A stretch of DNA of 64,000 nt, from the NCBI GenBank assembly GCA_963668355.1, contig OY764265.1, positions 1,760,001 to 1,824,000 of the forward strand, in the 5' to 3' direction. Shown here piece by piece: positions 1 through 11,175 of this stretch. The notes below the pieces were generated by a model that made no database searches, was not told the DNA's origin, and saw nothing but the letters and a program-made list of their open reading frames with translations. Made by a program: the position numbers and the translations under genes. Source of the stretch: Bdellovibrionota bacterium. GTDB lineage: Bacteria; Bdellovibrionota_G; JALEGL01; DATDPG01. Position 1 is the stretch's first letter. The number at the start of each line of letters is the position of its first letter.

Positions 1-179
1 AATGGTTGGAAAAGCTTCTCTCTTCTCTTTTCCAAAGAAGAAAAATTCCAGTGATTCATGGTTTGAAAGCAGGTCATCGAAAAAATGAAGTTTGGTTGCC
101 CATCGGGGGGGAAGTTGAACTGGTGAAAAGTGGAAAACGTTTCGTCGTTTCTCCGTTGGTGAAAGAAAGAGTCAGTTGA
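1..179 (+). CDS. ldcA: LD-carboxypeptidase (peptidase S66), C-terminal fragment, 5'-truncated by window edge
   Basis: Frame 3 reads WLEKLLSSLFQRRKIPVIHGLKAGHRKNEVWLPIGGEVEL..*, matching the S66 C-terminal 'IPV..G...GH....LPIG' pattern; its TGA overlaps the next ATG; mpl lies downstream. Confidence 0.7.
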   Translation, partial: WLEKLLSSLFQRRKIPVIHGLKAGHRKNEVWLPIGGEVELVKSGKRFVVSPLVKERVS

Positions 180-1237
180 TGTCAAAAAATCGGGCCGGCT
201 GGCAAGAATTGTTGGAGACCTCTTCAAGGGGTTTGTATTCAGGTGCGGCTCTCGGGATCGCAAAGGTTGGAAAAGAAACGGAGCAAACCTTTGTGGGTCA
301 TATCTCTCCAGCTCCAAAATCTCCGAAGGTGGGCGAAAATACGCTTTTTGATCTGAGTTCGCTAACAAAGGTCTTTTTAACCACAACCGTTGTGGCTCGT
401 CTTGTGAGTGCCCAACGTTTGAGTTTGAACGAAAAAATGGTGGAGATTTTGCCTCATCTTTCGTGGGACGAAGCCTGGAAGAATCTCCAAATTCGAGAGA
501 TCTTGTGTCATATGGCAGGTTTCTTGGCGTGGGAAGACTTTTCAAAGCAAGAAAAACCCGAAATTTTGAATTCGATTGCTCGTTCCAAACCCTTGGCTAC
601 GTTTCGTGAAAAAGTGATCTACAGTGATTTGGGATTTATTTTGTTGGCTGAAGCGCTGGCCCAAAAAACAAAGAAAGATTTTAAACAATTATGTCAACAG
701 GAAGTCATCGAGCCCTTGGGTTTGAAGCGAATGCTTCCTTCTCCACTCTTGGCCAAAAAAAATCAGACCTCTACCGCAAAAACCGAAAAGTCTTCTGTTG
801 ATGAAGCTTGGATTCATGTGAATGATGCGAATGCGAGGGCCTTAGGGGGAGTTTCGGGCCATGCAGGGTACTTTGCAAACTTAGGATCGTGCATGAAAAT
901 CGCGGAAGCTTGGATTTCATCGCTTCGAGGGGATGAGTCTTTTTTGTCGCCCAATGTTTCTCAGGAGTTCGCTTCGATTTGTGAGTCAGCGGATGGAGAA
1001 CGGAGGGCTTTGGGCTGGGATGTCCCCACGTTCCCGAACTCCAGTGCGGGTACGTTCATTTCAAAAAGCTCTCTAGGACATTTGGGATTCACAGGTACAT
1101 CGGTTTGGATGGACTTGGAGCGAGAGGCTTGGGTTGTATTGTTGACGAATCGAACCGTGATGGGGTCGACCAAGGAAGAAATGCGTCGGTTTCGTTCGGC
1201 GTTACATGATGAAATTTGGAGTTACTTAGATCAATGA
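179..1237 (+). CDS. Serine hydrolase, beta-lactamase class C/AmiE-like family
   Basis: FDLSSLTK (SxxK), YSDLGF, GGVSGHAG and GHLGFTGTS motifs; no signal peptide. Confidence 0.85.
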   Translation: MSKNRAGWQELLETSSRGLYSGAALGIAKVGKETEQTFVGHISPAPKSPKVGENTLFDLSSLTKVFLTTTVVARLVSAQRLSLNEKMVEILPHLSWDEAWKNLQIREILCHMAGFLAWEDFSKQEKPEILNSIARSKPLATFREKVIYSDLGFILLAEALAQKTKKDFKQLCQQEVIEPLGLKRMLPSPLLAKKNQTSTAKTEKSSVDEAWIHVNDANARALGGVSGHAGYFANLGSCMKIAEAWISSLRGDESFLSPNVSQEFASICESADGERRALGWDVPTFPNSSAGTFISKSSLGHLGFTGTSVWMDLEREAWVVLLTNRTVMGSTKEEMRRFRSALHDEIWSYLDQ

Positions 1238-2643
1238 AGACAGTGCATTTAATGGGGATTGGGGGCTCCGGAATGACTTCTCTAGCAGGAATGTTCCGAG
1301 AGCTGGGTTGGAATGTTCGAGGTTCAGATCAGAAGGTTTATCCTCCAGCTTCTGATTTGTTGGCGTCCCTCAATATTTCGGTGATGGAAGGGTATCACGC
1401 GGACAATCTTGTTCCCTCGCCAGATCTGGTCGTCGTGGGAAATGTCATTTCCCGGTCCAATCCTGAAGCGCAGGCATTGTTGGCCAGTGAAATTCCTTAC
1501 CTCTCCATGCCCCAGGCGCTCTGTGAATATGTTCTGAAAGATCGAGCGTCGGTTGTGGTTTCCGGTACACATGGAAAATCCACTTCCTCTTCTCTTATGT
1601 CTTGGCTTTTAGAGGAGGGAGGCGCCAATCCAGGGTTCTTTGTGGGAGGCGTTCCCAAGAATTTCGGTTCCGGTTTTCGAGTGGGAAAGGGAAAATATTT
1701 TGTGTTCGAAGGGGATGAGTACGATACGGCTTTTTTTGAAAAGACGCCCAAGTTTCTTCACTACCAACCGAAGCATGTCATTTTAACCAGTGTGGAGTTT
1801 GATCATGCAGATATCTATCGTGATCTTGATCACGTCATGGAACAGTTCATACGGTTGTTGGATATTCTCCCAAAAGAGGGATGTGTCATTGCCTGTGGAG
1901 ATGATGAGAATGTTAGAAAAGTTTGTGAAACGGGCAGTAGCGCTCCCATCTTGTTTTACGGAATCCAAGAGATAAATGAATGGCAAGCCCGCAATGTTCA
2001 AACGACTGAAAAAGGCACGGCCTTTGACGTGTTCTTTAAACAAAAATTTGAAACGCATTTGGAATCGAGTCTTATCGGTCGACACAATGTTTCGAATGTG
2101 TTGGCTTGCTATGCCATGGGAAGAGACCTGGGGTTTTCAGCTTCAAAGCTTTCACATGGTGTGGAGACGTTTAAAGGTGTGCGCAGGCGTCAGGAGTTTT
2201 TGGGGGAAGTCAAAGGCGTACAATTTTTCGATGATTTTGCCCATCACCCAACGGCCATATCGGAAACTTTGAAGGGATTTATTCCCCGAGCAAAGATGAG
2301 AAAAGGGCGCTTGTGGGCAGTTTTGGAGCCTCGATCGAATACCTTGCGAAGAAAGGTCTTTCAAGAGGTGCTTCCTCAGAGTTTGGCGTTTGCGGATGAA
2401 ATTGTGATTGCTCCTGTATTTCAAAAGCAGGATTCGCTGGATGCGCTGGATCAATTGGACCCAAAGGCGTTGGTCAAGACTCTCGAAAAAGAGAGAAAGT
2501 CCGCATATGCACCGAACGATCACGAAGAGCTTCTTTCTTTCGTTTTGTCAAAGGTCAAAAAGGGAGATGTCGTTGTTTTTATGTCGAACGGGAGCTTTTC
2601 AGATGTTCCCCGGAAAACCCTAAGGCGGTTAGAGCAAACCTAA
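1234..2643 (+). CDS. mpl: UDP-N-acetylmuramate:L-Ala-gamma-D-Glu-meso-DAP ligase
   Basis: GIGGSGM, GTHGKSTSS, EGDEYDTAFFEKTPKFLHY, DDFAHHPTAI, EPRSNT, MSNGSF motifs; ATGA overlap with upstream gene. Confidence 0.93.
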   Translation: MKTVHLMGIGGSGMTSLAGMFRELGWNVRGSDQKVYPPASDLLASLNISVMEGYHADNLVPSPDLVVVGNVISRSNPEAQALLASEIPYLSMPQALCEYVLKDRASVVVSGTHGKSTSSSLMSWLLEEGGANPGFFVGGVPKNFGSGFRVGKGKYFVFEGDEYDTAFFEKTPKFLHYQPKHVILTSVEFDHADIYRDLDHVMEQFIRLLDILPKEGCVIACGDDENVRKVCETGSSAPILFYGIQEINEWQARNVQTTEKGTAFDVFFKQKFETHLESSLIGRHNVSNVLACYAMGRDLGFSASKLSHGVETFKGVRRRQEFLGEVKGVQFFDDFAHHPTAISETLKGFIPRAKMRKGRLWAVLEPRSNTLRRKVFQEVLPQSLAFADEIVIAPVFQKQDSLDALDQLDPKALVKTLEKERKSAYAPNDHEELLSFVLSKVKKGDVVVFMSNGSFSDVPRKTLRRLEQT

Positions 2644-2644
2644 G

Positions 2645-4143
<1,499 letters not shown>

Positions 4144-4146
4144 TTA

Positions 4147-4890
4147 ATGCGGAAGTATCCGAAATTCCTCATGATCTCAACTCAAAAGTGTTATCGTAAC
4201 CGCGTGAGTGCCTTTTTTGGAATTTTACTACTGATTTCTACACCCATTTTTGCCTACTCAGCCGATTCTCTCACGGGAGTTGTTTTGGAGGACTTCTCGA
4301 CGTACAGGGTTGGGCAGGTGCCGAGCGAAGGATGGAGATCTCGAGGGGGAGATGCTGAAGGATCTTATCGGATTGCGTCAGAAGATTCGGGCAATCTGTT
4401 CTTGCAGGCGCAAGACCAGGGAAAGTCAGTGCAGTATTTTCGTGAAAAGGGTTGGAAAATTAAGGAATACCCCATTTTAACGTGGCGTTGGAGAGCCCAT
4501 GAACTCCCCAAGGGGGGGGACGAGAGATATGGGAAGAGCAATGACAGTGCCGCGGCTGTATATGTGGTTTTCCCTCGAAGATGGTTCATTCCCGAAGCCA
4601 TTAAGTATGTTTGGAGCAGCAATGCACCCAAAGGAACGGATATCAAGCGAAGTAGTCGATTCCCCATGGTTGTTTTGCGCTCGGGACCCGAAAAAAAGTC
4701 GGGGGAGTGGGTTTTGGAAGAGCGAAACGTGTACGAAGACTTTCAACGTTTGTTTGGTCGTCGACCCTCCAATCCTGTAGCCATCGGATTTTTGACCGAT
4801 GCCAATGAAACCAAGAGTTCGGCGAAGGCCGATTATGACGATTTTCGTGTTATTCCGGGTAAATCGAATCCGGTTCAGCCAAATCAATGA
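4147..4890 (+). CDS. DUF3047-like exported protein (true start may be 4171 or 4204)
   Basis: Signal peptide; YPILTWRW, DSAAAVYVVF, IKYVWS, ERNVYEDF..LFG, IGFLTDAN motifs typical of DUF3047. Confidence 0.75.
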   Translation: MRKYPKFLMISTQKCYRNRVSAFFGILLLISTPIFAYSADSLTGVVLEDFSTYRVGQVPSEGWRSRGGDAEGSYRIASEDSGNLFLQAQDQGKSVQYFREKGWKIKEYPILTWRWRAHELPKGGDERYGKSNDSAAAVYVVFPRRWFIPEAIKYVWSSNAPKGTDIKRSSRFPMVVLRSGPEKKSGEWVLEERNVYEDFQRLFGRRPSNPVAIGFLTDANETKSSAKADYDDFRVIPGKSNPVQPNQ

Positions 4891-7729
4891 CGGATTCTGA
4901 GGAAGCGTTGGTTATGTTTTCTTCTGGTGTTTTGCCTGCCCGGTAAACCACAAAGTTACGTTGAAAGATCAAGTCTTGATTGTCTCGGGCGACCAAATGA
5001 ATCCGATTCATTCCTTTTTCTAAGGGAACCAAAGCATCAAAGTCAGCCGATTTTTGGGGGGCAGTCGCAGTTTTGAAGTTGCTGTAATAGACCTTTTTCC
5101 CATTGACCAAGATATAAAAGTCCTTCGAGCTAACATCATCGACCACAGATCCCTGAATTTTTAGAAAGCGGCTTTCGGTTTCTTTGAAGGCGAGTTCATC
5201 GGCTTTGGTTTCAATTTTGGGCGGTTCAAAAACACCCATCATGGTTTGCTTGGAAGCTGGGGAATCCTTTCCTTGTCGAACGGGAAAGCTTAATTTTTTG
5301 CCCGTTACGACCCGATAGGAAGCGTCCACGATGGAAAGGTCGAGTGAAAATTCATCGTTCGCAAATTCTTTCTTGATATCGAATAGAAAGCTGACCTTTT
5401 TCTTTTGGCCGGGTTTTAGTTTGGGGACTTCAACTCTTCCTTTTTTTAGGAAGATGTTTTTTGCTTCTGGATTTCGAATGGCCGCAATGGTTTCCTCCGA
5501 AGAAGCGTTTCCAATGTTGGATACAAAGAGGTTGAGCTGAACCGATTCGTTTGGTTCCAAGATGCCGTTTTGTTGTTCCTTGGGGTTGTTGGGCAATTGA
5601 TCGTTGGTTTCATAGGAAAAGGCGAATTTGGGCATGGAAATCGCTCGGGTGGCGATGTCAAAGGTGTAGGTCTCTGGAACGCGATCATTCTTTTCTTGAA
5701 ACTTAAGACTTACTTTTGCAAGAGAGTTTGGAATGGATTTCGGCAATTCCACAGAAACGCTTCTCGAAACCGTTGCTCCGGGCAGCACCTTTCCAAACAG
5801 AAATTCATGTTCATTGAAATAAAAGTTTTTGGAGAGCGAACGCGCCCAAGCTTGCTCCAAAGTGCATTGGCTGGGGTTTTTTAGAGTGGCCGTTAGCGTC
5901 ATCGTTTGGCCAGCTTTTACGGTTCCCTTAAAGAGAGGCGCAATGGCGATAGAGGCTTTGGGGGCAGCGCAGTCTTTCTTTTGCGTGGACGATTGGGTCG
6001 ACCAGTCGATTCCTTGCTGAGAGAGGGCTTTTGCGATTTCCCCCCCAGTCGTTTGTTTGATTTTTGCGAGCAACTCACTTGAATTTTTTAAGAACGCTGT
6101 TCGTTCAAAAGGCGGATTGTTTTTCAATAATGTGTGAGCGGTTTTGACAGAGAAATCTTCTTCCAGTTTTTTAAGTCTTTCTTTTTTATCTTTCTTTTGG
6201 CTCAAGAGCGCACTGTCCAAGTCATCCGTTTTTTCTAAAATCAACGTTCGCAAACTCACGAGTGAGTCATCGGTTTCTTTAAGCTTCTTCGGGTTATCAA
6301 AATGCCCCTCAAGCGAAGATTCTCCAAACTCCGTTTCAGAGGGGAAAATCGAGATGCGATCTTTCTGCACGAAGGCGGGGTCGATGCGGATATCTGGAGA
6401 AATGCCAATGGACTGAATGGAGACATCCCCAGGAGTTAAGTATTGAGCAATGGTTAATTTCAGTGCGGCTTCTTCCGGAAGTTCAAATAAGGATTGAACC
6501 GTACCTTTTCCGAAGGTTTTTTCCCCAATGATGATGGCACGATTCCTTCGTTGGAGTGCTCCTGCAACAATTTCGGAGGCGCTGGCACTCCCATGATTGA
6601 CCAGGACGACCATAGGGTAATTGGGCTCGGTTCCGGGAGCCGAAGCATCTTCTTCGTCCCGAAGTTGGTTGTTAATACCTACGGTTGTGACGATGGTTCC
6701 ATCCTTCAAGAATTTATCACTGACGGCGATGGCTTGATCCAGAAGTCCTCCCGGATTGTTGCGAAGGTCCAGAATCAGTCCCTTGAGCTGCCCCTTTGCT
6801 TCTTGAGTCATTCGGTGAAGATGGCGCGTGAGGTCCTTGGCACTGTTTCCTTGAAAGTTCTTGAGCTTGATATAGCCGATCTCATCGGTCATGAGCTCGG
6901 ATTCGACGCTAACTACTTTGATGGTGTCTCGAACAATGGTGAAATTTTTTGTGCGGGTCCACCCTTTTCGATTCACGCTCAGTGTGATGGGAGTTCCTTT
7001 GGGCCCTCTCATTCGGCTCACAGCTTCGGTCAGCGTCATATTGACGGTAGACTCATTCCCAATTTTCTTGATGACGTCACCTGCCTGAATGCCCGCTCGA
7101 GAGGCTGGGGTGTCATCCAACGGAGCAATGACCGTAAGCTTGGAGTCGCGGATGCTGATAACGATTCCGAGGCCTCCAAACTTTCCGGACGTTCCAATTT
7201 TGGTTTCGGCAAAGACTTCCTTGGGAAGATAAACGGAGTGGGGGTCCAAGGCTGAAAGAACGCCATGAACCGATGCCACTTCCAAATCCTCATCGGAAAT
7301 GTCGCTACTTTTCTTGTCCCGAATGAATTTCAAGACATCCGAGAGATGGGTTTGAACGGCGTAGAGGGTGTTGAGATTCGTGGAGAGTTCCATGCGATCC
7401 GATCCCACGAAAAGCATGGCTTTGTTGGCCGACGGAAACGCCACACGTACTTCAATGATTTTCTGAGATAAGGCTTCCAGGGCAGATTTGAACATGGCCT
7501 GAGGATCCACGCGGTCAGGATCCAAGTATCGGTCTTTGACATGGTGAAGAACTCTTCGCATGAGTCCAAGGCGATCCAGGCGATCACGGCTTCCGAATAA
7601 ATCCGCGGGAAAGGCATAACTGGGTTGGACCAAAGACAAAGGCTCTTGAACAAAGAGGTCCAACTGGGAAGTTAGGAATGACCCAAAGAGAAGGGTGATG
7701 AATATAATGAGAGTTCGAATTTTCCGCAT
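4850..7729 (-). CDS. Carboxyl-terminal processing protease (S41, PDZ), long MXAN_5808-like form with C-terminal Ig-like domains
   Basis: LDPHSVY, GKFGGLGI PDZ, LDLRNNPGGLL, SASASEIVAGAL, GKGTVQ, LKLTIAQYLTP. Confidence 0.9.
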   Translation of the reverse strand: MRKIRTLIIFITLLFGSFLTSQLDLFVQEPLSLVQPSYAFPADLFGSRDRLDRLGLMRRVLHHVKDRYLDPDRVDPQAMFKSALEALSQKIIEVRVAFPSANKAMLFVGSDRMELSTNLNTLYAVQTHLSDVLKFIRDKKSSDISDEDLEVASVHGVLSALDPHSVYLPKEVFAETKIGTSGKFGGLGIVISIRDSKLTVIAPLDDTPASRAGIQAGDVIKKIGNESTVNMTLTEAVSRMRGPKGTPITLSVNRKGWTRTKNFTIVRDTIKVVSVESELMTDEIGYIKLKNFQGNSAKDLTRHLHRMTQEAKGQLKGLILDLRNNPGGLLDQAIAVSDKFLKDGTIVTTVGINNQLRDEEDASAPGTEPNYPMVVLVNHGSASASEIVAGALQRRNRAIIIGEKTFGKGTVQSLFELPEEAALKLTIAQYLTPGDVSIQSIGISPDIRIDPAFVQKDRISIFPSETEFGESSLEGHFDNPKKLKETDDSLVSLRTLILEKTDDLDSALLSQKKDKKERLKKLEEDFSVKTAHTLLKNNPPFERTAFLKNSSELLAKIKQTTGGEIAKALSQQGIDWSTQSSTQKKDCAAPKASIAIAPLFKGTVKAGQTMTLTATLKNPSQCTLEQAWARSLSKNFYFNEHEFLFGKVLPGATVSRSVSVELPKSIPNSLAKVSLKFQEKNDRVPETYTFDIATRAISMPKFAFSYETNDQLPNNPKEQQNGILEPNESVQLNLFVSNIGNASSEETIAAIRNPEAKNIFLKKGRVEVPKLKPGQKKKVSFLFDIKKEFANDEFSLDLSIVDASYRVVTGKKLSFPVRQGKDSPASKQTMMGVFEPPKIETKADELAFKETESRFLKIQGSVVDDVSSKDFYILVNGKKVYYSNFKTATAPQKSADFDALVPLEKGMNRIHLVARDNQDLIFQRNFVVYRAGKTPEENITNASSESVIDLAEPDSIYPE

Positions 7730-7834
7730 ATTTTCTAAGTTTCTAAGGGAGTTTTACCGTCAAAAAAGAAAAAGTATAGCACGCCGTGAAAGCCTTGGGG
7801 GAGGGGCAATGAAATAAGCCCCCGCTCACTTTTC

Positions 7835-7861
7835 TTGACAGAATTATTTCCATTGGATACT
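7835..7861 (+). promoter_or_regulatory. Possible sigma70 promoter for tRNA-Gly
   Basis: TTGACA (7835-7840) and GATACT (7856-7861) followed by a GC-rich discriminator; spacer is short (15 nt). Confidence 0.4.
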
Positions 7862-7875
7862 CACGCGCTTCTTGA

Positions 7876-7950
7876 GCGGGAGTAGCTCAGTGGTAGAGCG
7901 TCACGTTGCCAACGTGAGGGTCGAGGGTTCAAATCCCTTCTCCCGCTCCA
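7876..7950 (+). tRNA. tRNA-Gly (GCC)
   Basis: Cloverleaf GCGGGAG..CTCCCGC-T-CCA; anticodon arm TCACG-TTGCCAA-CGTGA; T loop TTCAAAT. Confidence 0.97.
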
Positions 7951-7952
7951 TA

Positions 7953-8001
7953 ATAAATAAGGGGAAAATGCTATAAGGATGAGCATTTTCCCCTTATTTA
8001 T
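7953..8001. repeat. Perfect 20-bp inverted repeat directly after tRNA-Gly
   Basis: ATAAATAAGGGGAAAATGCT (7953-7972) / AGCATTTTCCCCTTATTTAT (7982-8001). Confidence 0.85.
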
Positions 8002-8010
8002 CCCGTCGCA

Positions 8011-8033
8011 AAAAGGCGGCAGAGCCGCCTTTT
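8011..8033 (+). terminator. Probable intrinsic terminator
   Basis: AAAAGGCGGC-AGA-GCCGCCTTTT hairpin. Confidence 0.65.
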
Positions 8034-8260
8034 CACTCCATTACAAGCAACCAACGTAACGAGTCGTAGAACCAGTCTTCGAGCGAGATTTGAACAGGGT
8101 CGTGAGTCGCGCTGCTTTCTTTTATGCAAATCGAATCTACGCATTAAACTCAAGTTCCACTTTTTGCGTAACAAAAGGTTTCGATTTCTGCAAAAAATAT
8201 CATTAATTGCGTAACTAGCTGTTTTTAGAATAAAAAATTAGACAAAAAATAAGCTTTATT

Positions 8261-8269
8261 TGGTATAAT
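8261..8269 (+). promoter_or_regulatory. Extended -10 sigma70 element
   Basis: TGGTATAAT about 20 nt upstream of ATG 8290, in AT-rich DNA. Confidence 0.5.
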
Positions 8270-8289
8270 TTATGCGTATTCGTTAAGAA

Positions 8290-10971
8290 ATGCCTTTTCT
8301 CTCAAAACGCCTCGCTCCGTGTTTGTTTTTGGTCTTTTTGACTGCGCTGCCGGGGTGTTTTTCTTCTCAATCCGAACTTGAGGACGGCGTGGAGGCTACG
8401 GTGTCCTTGGAAGATCCGGAGCGTGTTTCTGGCTCGGAATTGGGAGATATTGAGCCGACCCTTTTGGATCCGAATCTTGTCTTCGCGCAATTGGTGAATC
8501 CACAAACCGATCAGATTGTCGTTGTGGGTTTGTCTGGAGCCGCGAATGTGGGTGCTGGAGCCGAGCGTGGATGCGTCCAGAAAATTGATGAAGGGAATCT
8601 CGTCGGGGAGCGTGTTTGTGAGAACATCTCTTCCAGCGGAGCTTTTCGACTCATTTTAAATGGTGTTCGCGAGGGAGATGCCGTTCGTGTTTTTGTGGAA
8701 GGGAGTCGAATTTCTCGAAGCGAAAGTGTGGACAAAATCGTGTTGGCTTGGAGGCGGATGGTTCCCTACCAAGTGGTTCAAGTTCTGGAAACGGATCGGG
8801 GCTTGTGGGTGCTCACTCATGAGGGATTGTTTTTCCGAAAACCCGGAGTTCCGCAGAATCAATTCAATGTTTTTTCCATGGCGGATGGTTTTGACGACAT
8901 TCGGTTTACCTCCGGGGCGGAGATGGACGAAAATAATCTATTCTTTGGTGGAGATGGTTTTATGAACCGTGTCCAGTGGGTCGGTGATCAGATGGAAGTT
9001 CTTCCCGTCGATTTGAGTCAAACTTCCGTTTCCTCAGTTCGACACCTTTTCGTCGATCGAGAAAACCGCCTTTGGATTGCTGGTTACCGAGGCGTTACTA
9101 CAATTGAAAAAAACCAGTCAGGAAATTTTGTTTTTACAGACCTTCAGTTCCCTGAAGTGTGGATGCCTCCTGACGGGTGGGATGTGGAGGATGGCACTTT
9201 ACCTGTTCATAAATGTGATGGCTGTTATCAGGCCCCCCTTATTCCCGAAAATGTGGATCTCTTCGTAGAAAATGATCGCGGCGTCTTCTTCGCCGGGGAC
9301 AACGGCGTGTGGTATCGCTCCAGGGCGAATGGAAGACTATTTCTCCTGGGTCGGATGGATATGGGAGGAGAGATTCGATCTTATGAATTTCTTCACCCCA
9401 TTGGGAATGATTATTTTGTGGGATCTCGTCGAGATGGCAATTCATTCTTGAGTCGGTTCGATCTCGAAAATAAGGAGATGATTATTCAAGAATCCCTTGG
9501 ATCTCTTTTTCTTTCGTTTGTGGTCCCCCTGGATTTAGAGGAAAGACGATTTTTTTTGGGGGGGAGAACGGGTCTACATGTCTTGGTTTTAAGTGAAGAT
9601 GCAAGTGGAAGGTTTACAACTTCCTTGCAAACCGTATTGCTTGAACCCGAAACTTCGAATCAACCGAAATATGCTGAGCGAATTTCGTCGAGCGAAATAC
9701 TCTATGTGACTGCGACTGGTCGTGTAGGAATTTTTGACTCCAGATCCAATCAGGTTACGGAAGATCTTTTGGTAGATGACCCAAGGACCTTCGTGATCAG
9801 TTTTCAGGTTTCCAAAGATAAGAAAAAAATATGGTTGAGCTCGATTTACTCAGGGTTACAGGTGATTGATCTTCATAATCGGCCCATGTCGTTTCATGAA
9901 ATCGAGCCGGAGTCATGGGAATTGTCCTCCAATGAAGTGCGATATTTTGAGAGCCAAGGAAGGCATCTGTGGATTGGCTTGAACAGAGGTTTGGTTCGGG
10001 TTGATCTTGCGGAACCCGAAATTGTGGAGACCATTCCCATCAAAGATTGTGAAGATTCTGCGTCTGTTCAGAAAATCAAGAAATCCGATTCTTGGGTGTG
10101 GCTTTCCAGCCGCTGCGGCGTAAGGGCCATTGATCCACATTCCTTGAATCAGGTGACCGTGACGACACGGGCGGTCCGAGATTTTGATACAGATCCCTCG
10201 GGTGGAATTTGGATCATTCAGGACGGAGACGTGTTTCGAATCTCCGAAAATTTTGAAGAGAACCTCCTTGTGAGGCCCAACGGAATCTATGCGGTGGAGT
10301 TGATTTCCGTTTCGCCCAACCGAGTGCTTGTGAACTTCGATGGGGATTCGGAGGAAGTGGCCCTGGTGAGTTTTGGAGATGGAACCTTCCGGATTGATTC
10401 TGTTTTAAGTGAAGAAACCGGGAACGCAGTCAATTTCGGCGATTTTGTTCGAGACTCACACGGTGGGGTTTGGGGGAGATCCTCCCGGACTGTCTATCGA
10501 ATTGACTTTTCTTCTGAACCCCCGATTGCGCGAAACGTCACGCCTTCTATTGAAGGGTCGCACTTTTCCAACCCCAAAAGCATTGCGGCGGACTCTCAGG
10601 GAAATGTTTGGGTGGGGGTATTCGCGTTTTTTAATACTATCTTGGATTCACAAGGGGATTTCCAGGAAGCGTCTTACGTGGTTCACTATTCCACGGACGG
10701 TTCTTTAATCAATGAGCCGAGGTCTCTTGACTCGGGTGGAAAGAGCATTCGGCAGGTAGAGTCCGATGGCTCTGGGGGAGTTTGGATATCTTGGTTTCCA
10801 GATTCAGGAACTGGAAGAGGTGGATTGTTTCATATGTCATCGGGAGGTCTCGTGTCCAATGAAACAGCCCTTCTTCCCAATCAAACGGTGACTCGCATGC
10901 TTCTGATGGATGACGATAAGTTGTTCGTTGCGACGAAAGGTTCCGGAGTTGTTCTTTTGCCCGCGCATTAG
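8290..10971 (+). CDS. Lipoprotein with Ig-like N-terminus and multiple beta-propeller (Reg_prop-like) repeats
   Basis: Lipobox LPGC; repeated D-x-x-G/N-x-(L/I/V)W-(I/V) blades (DRENRLWIA, DPSGGIWI, DSHGGVWG, DSQGNVWVG, DGSGGVWIS). Confidence 0.75.
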   Translation: MPFLSKRLAPCLFLVFLTALPGCFSSQSELEDGVEATVSLEDPERVSGSELGDIEPTLLDPNLVFAQLVNPQTDQIVVVGLSGAANVGAGAERGCVQKIDEGNLVGERVCENISSSGAFRLILNGVREGDAVRVFVEGSRISRSESVDKIVLAWRRMVPYQVVQVLETDRGLWVLTHEGLFFRKPGVPQNQFNVFSMADGFDDIRFTSGAEMDENNLFFGGDGFMNRVQWVGDQMEVLPVDLSQTSVSSVRHLFVDRENRLWIAGYRGVTTIEKNQSGNFVFTDLQFPEVWMPPDGWDVEDGTLPVHKCDGCYQAPLIPENVDLFVENDRGVFFAGDNGVWYRSRANGRLFLLGRMDMGGEIRSYEFLHPIGNDYFVGSRRDGNSFLSRFDLENKEMIIQESLGSLFLSFVVPLDLEERRFFLGGRTGLHVLVLSEDASGRFTTSLQTVLLEPETSNQPKYAERISSSEILYVTATGRVGIFDSRSNQVTEDLLVDDPRTFVISFQVSKDKKKIWLSSIYSGLQVIDLHNRPMSFHEIEPESWELSSNEVRYFESQGRHLWIGLNRGLVRVDLAEPEIVETIPIKDCEDSASVQKIKKSDSWVWLSSRCGVRAIDPHSLNQVTVTTRAVRDFDTDPSGGIWIIQDGDVFRISENFEENLLVRPNGIYAVELISVSPNRVLVNFDGDSEEVALVSFGDGTFRIDSVLSEETGNAVNFGDFVRDSHGGVWGRSSRTVYRIDFSSEPPIARNVTPSIEGSHFSNPKSIAADSQGNVWVGVFAFFNTILDSQGDFQEASYVVHYSTDGSLINEPRSLDSGGKSIRQVESDGSGGVWISWFPDSGTGRGGLFHMSSGGLVSNETALLPNQTVTRMLLMDDDKLFVATKGSGVVLLPAH

Positions 10972-11175
10972 TTAAGACTTAGATATTTGCGCCGCTTGGA
11001 TCGTTTTCTTCAAAGATCTTGATGCGTCTCGGAGCCACGGGGCTGTAAACAACAGGCACGACAAATGCCGAAAAAAACACCTTTGCGCAAAACCTCATCC
11101 AAGCGCGTGTTTTTGATTTCTGATTTCTCTTGAGGGGCGTTGTTAAAAGCCTCGTGAGAAGGCGGGCAATTTTTT

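Noticed and set aside
179..1237. Antibiotic-resistance beta-lactamase
   Set aside because: No signal peptide and embedded in a peptidoglycan-recycling operon
4850..4890. 41-bp tail-to-tail overlap of the DUF3047 and S41 genes as antisense regulation
   Set aside because: Short convergent overlaps are common in this compact window; no further support
6494..7255. 253-aa antisense ORF (also 39113-39700, 41284-41985 and similar)
   Set aside because: Shadow frames opposite well-supported conserved genes
9205..9230. Heme c binding site in the propeller lipoprotein
   Set aside because: The motif is CDGCY, not CxxCH
11134..11152. GGGGCGTTGTTAAAAGCCT as an IS5/IS1182-like terminal repeat
   Set aside because: Loose resemblance only; no partner end or transposase in the window
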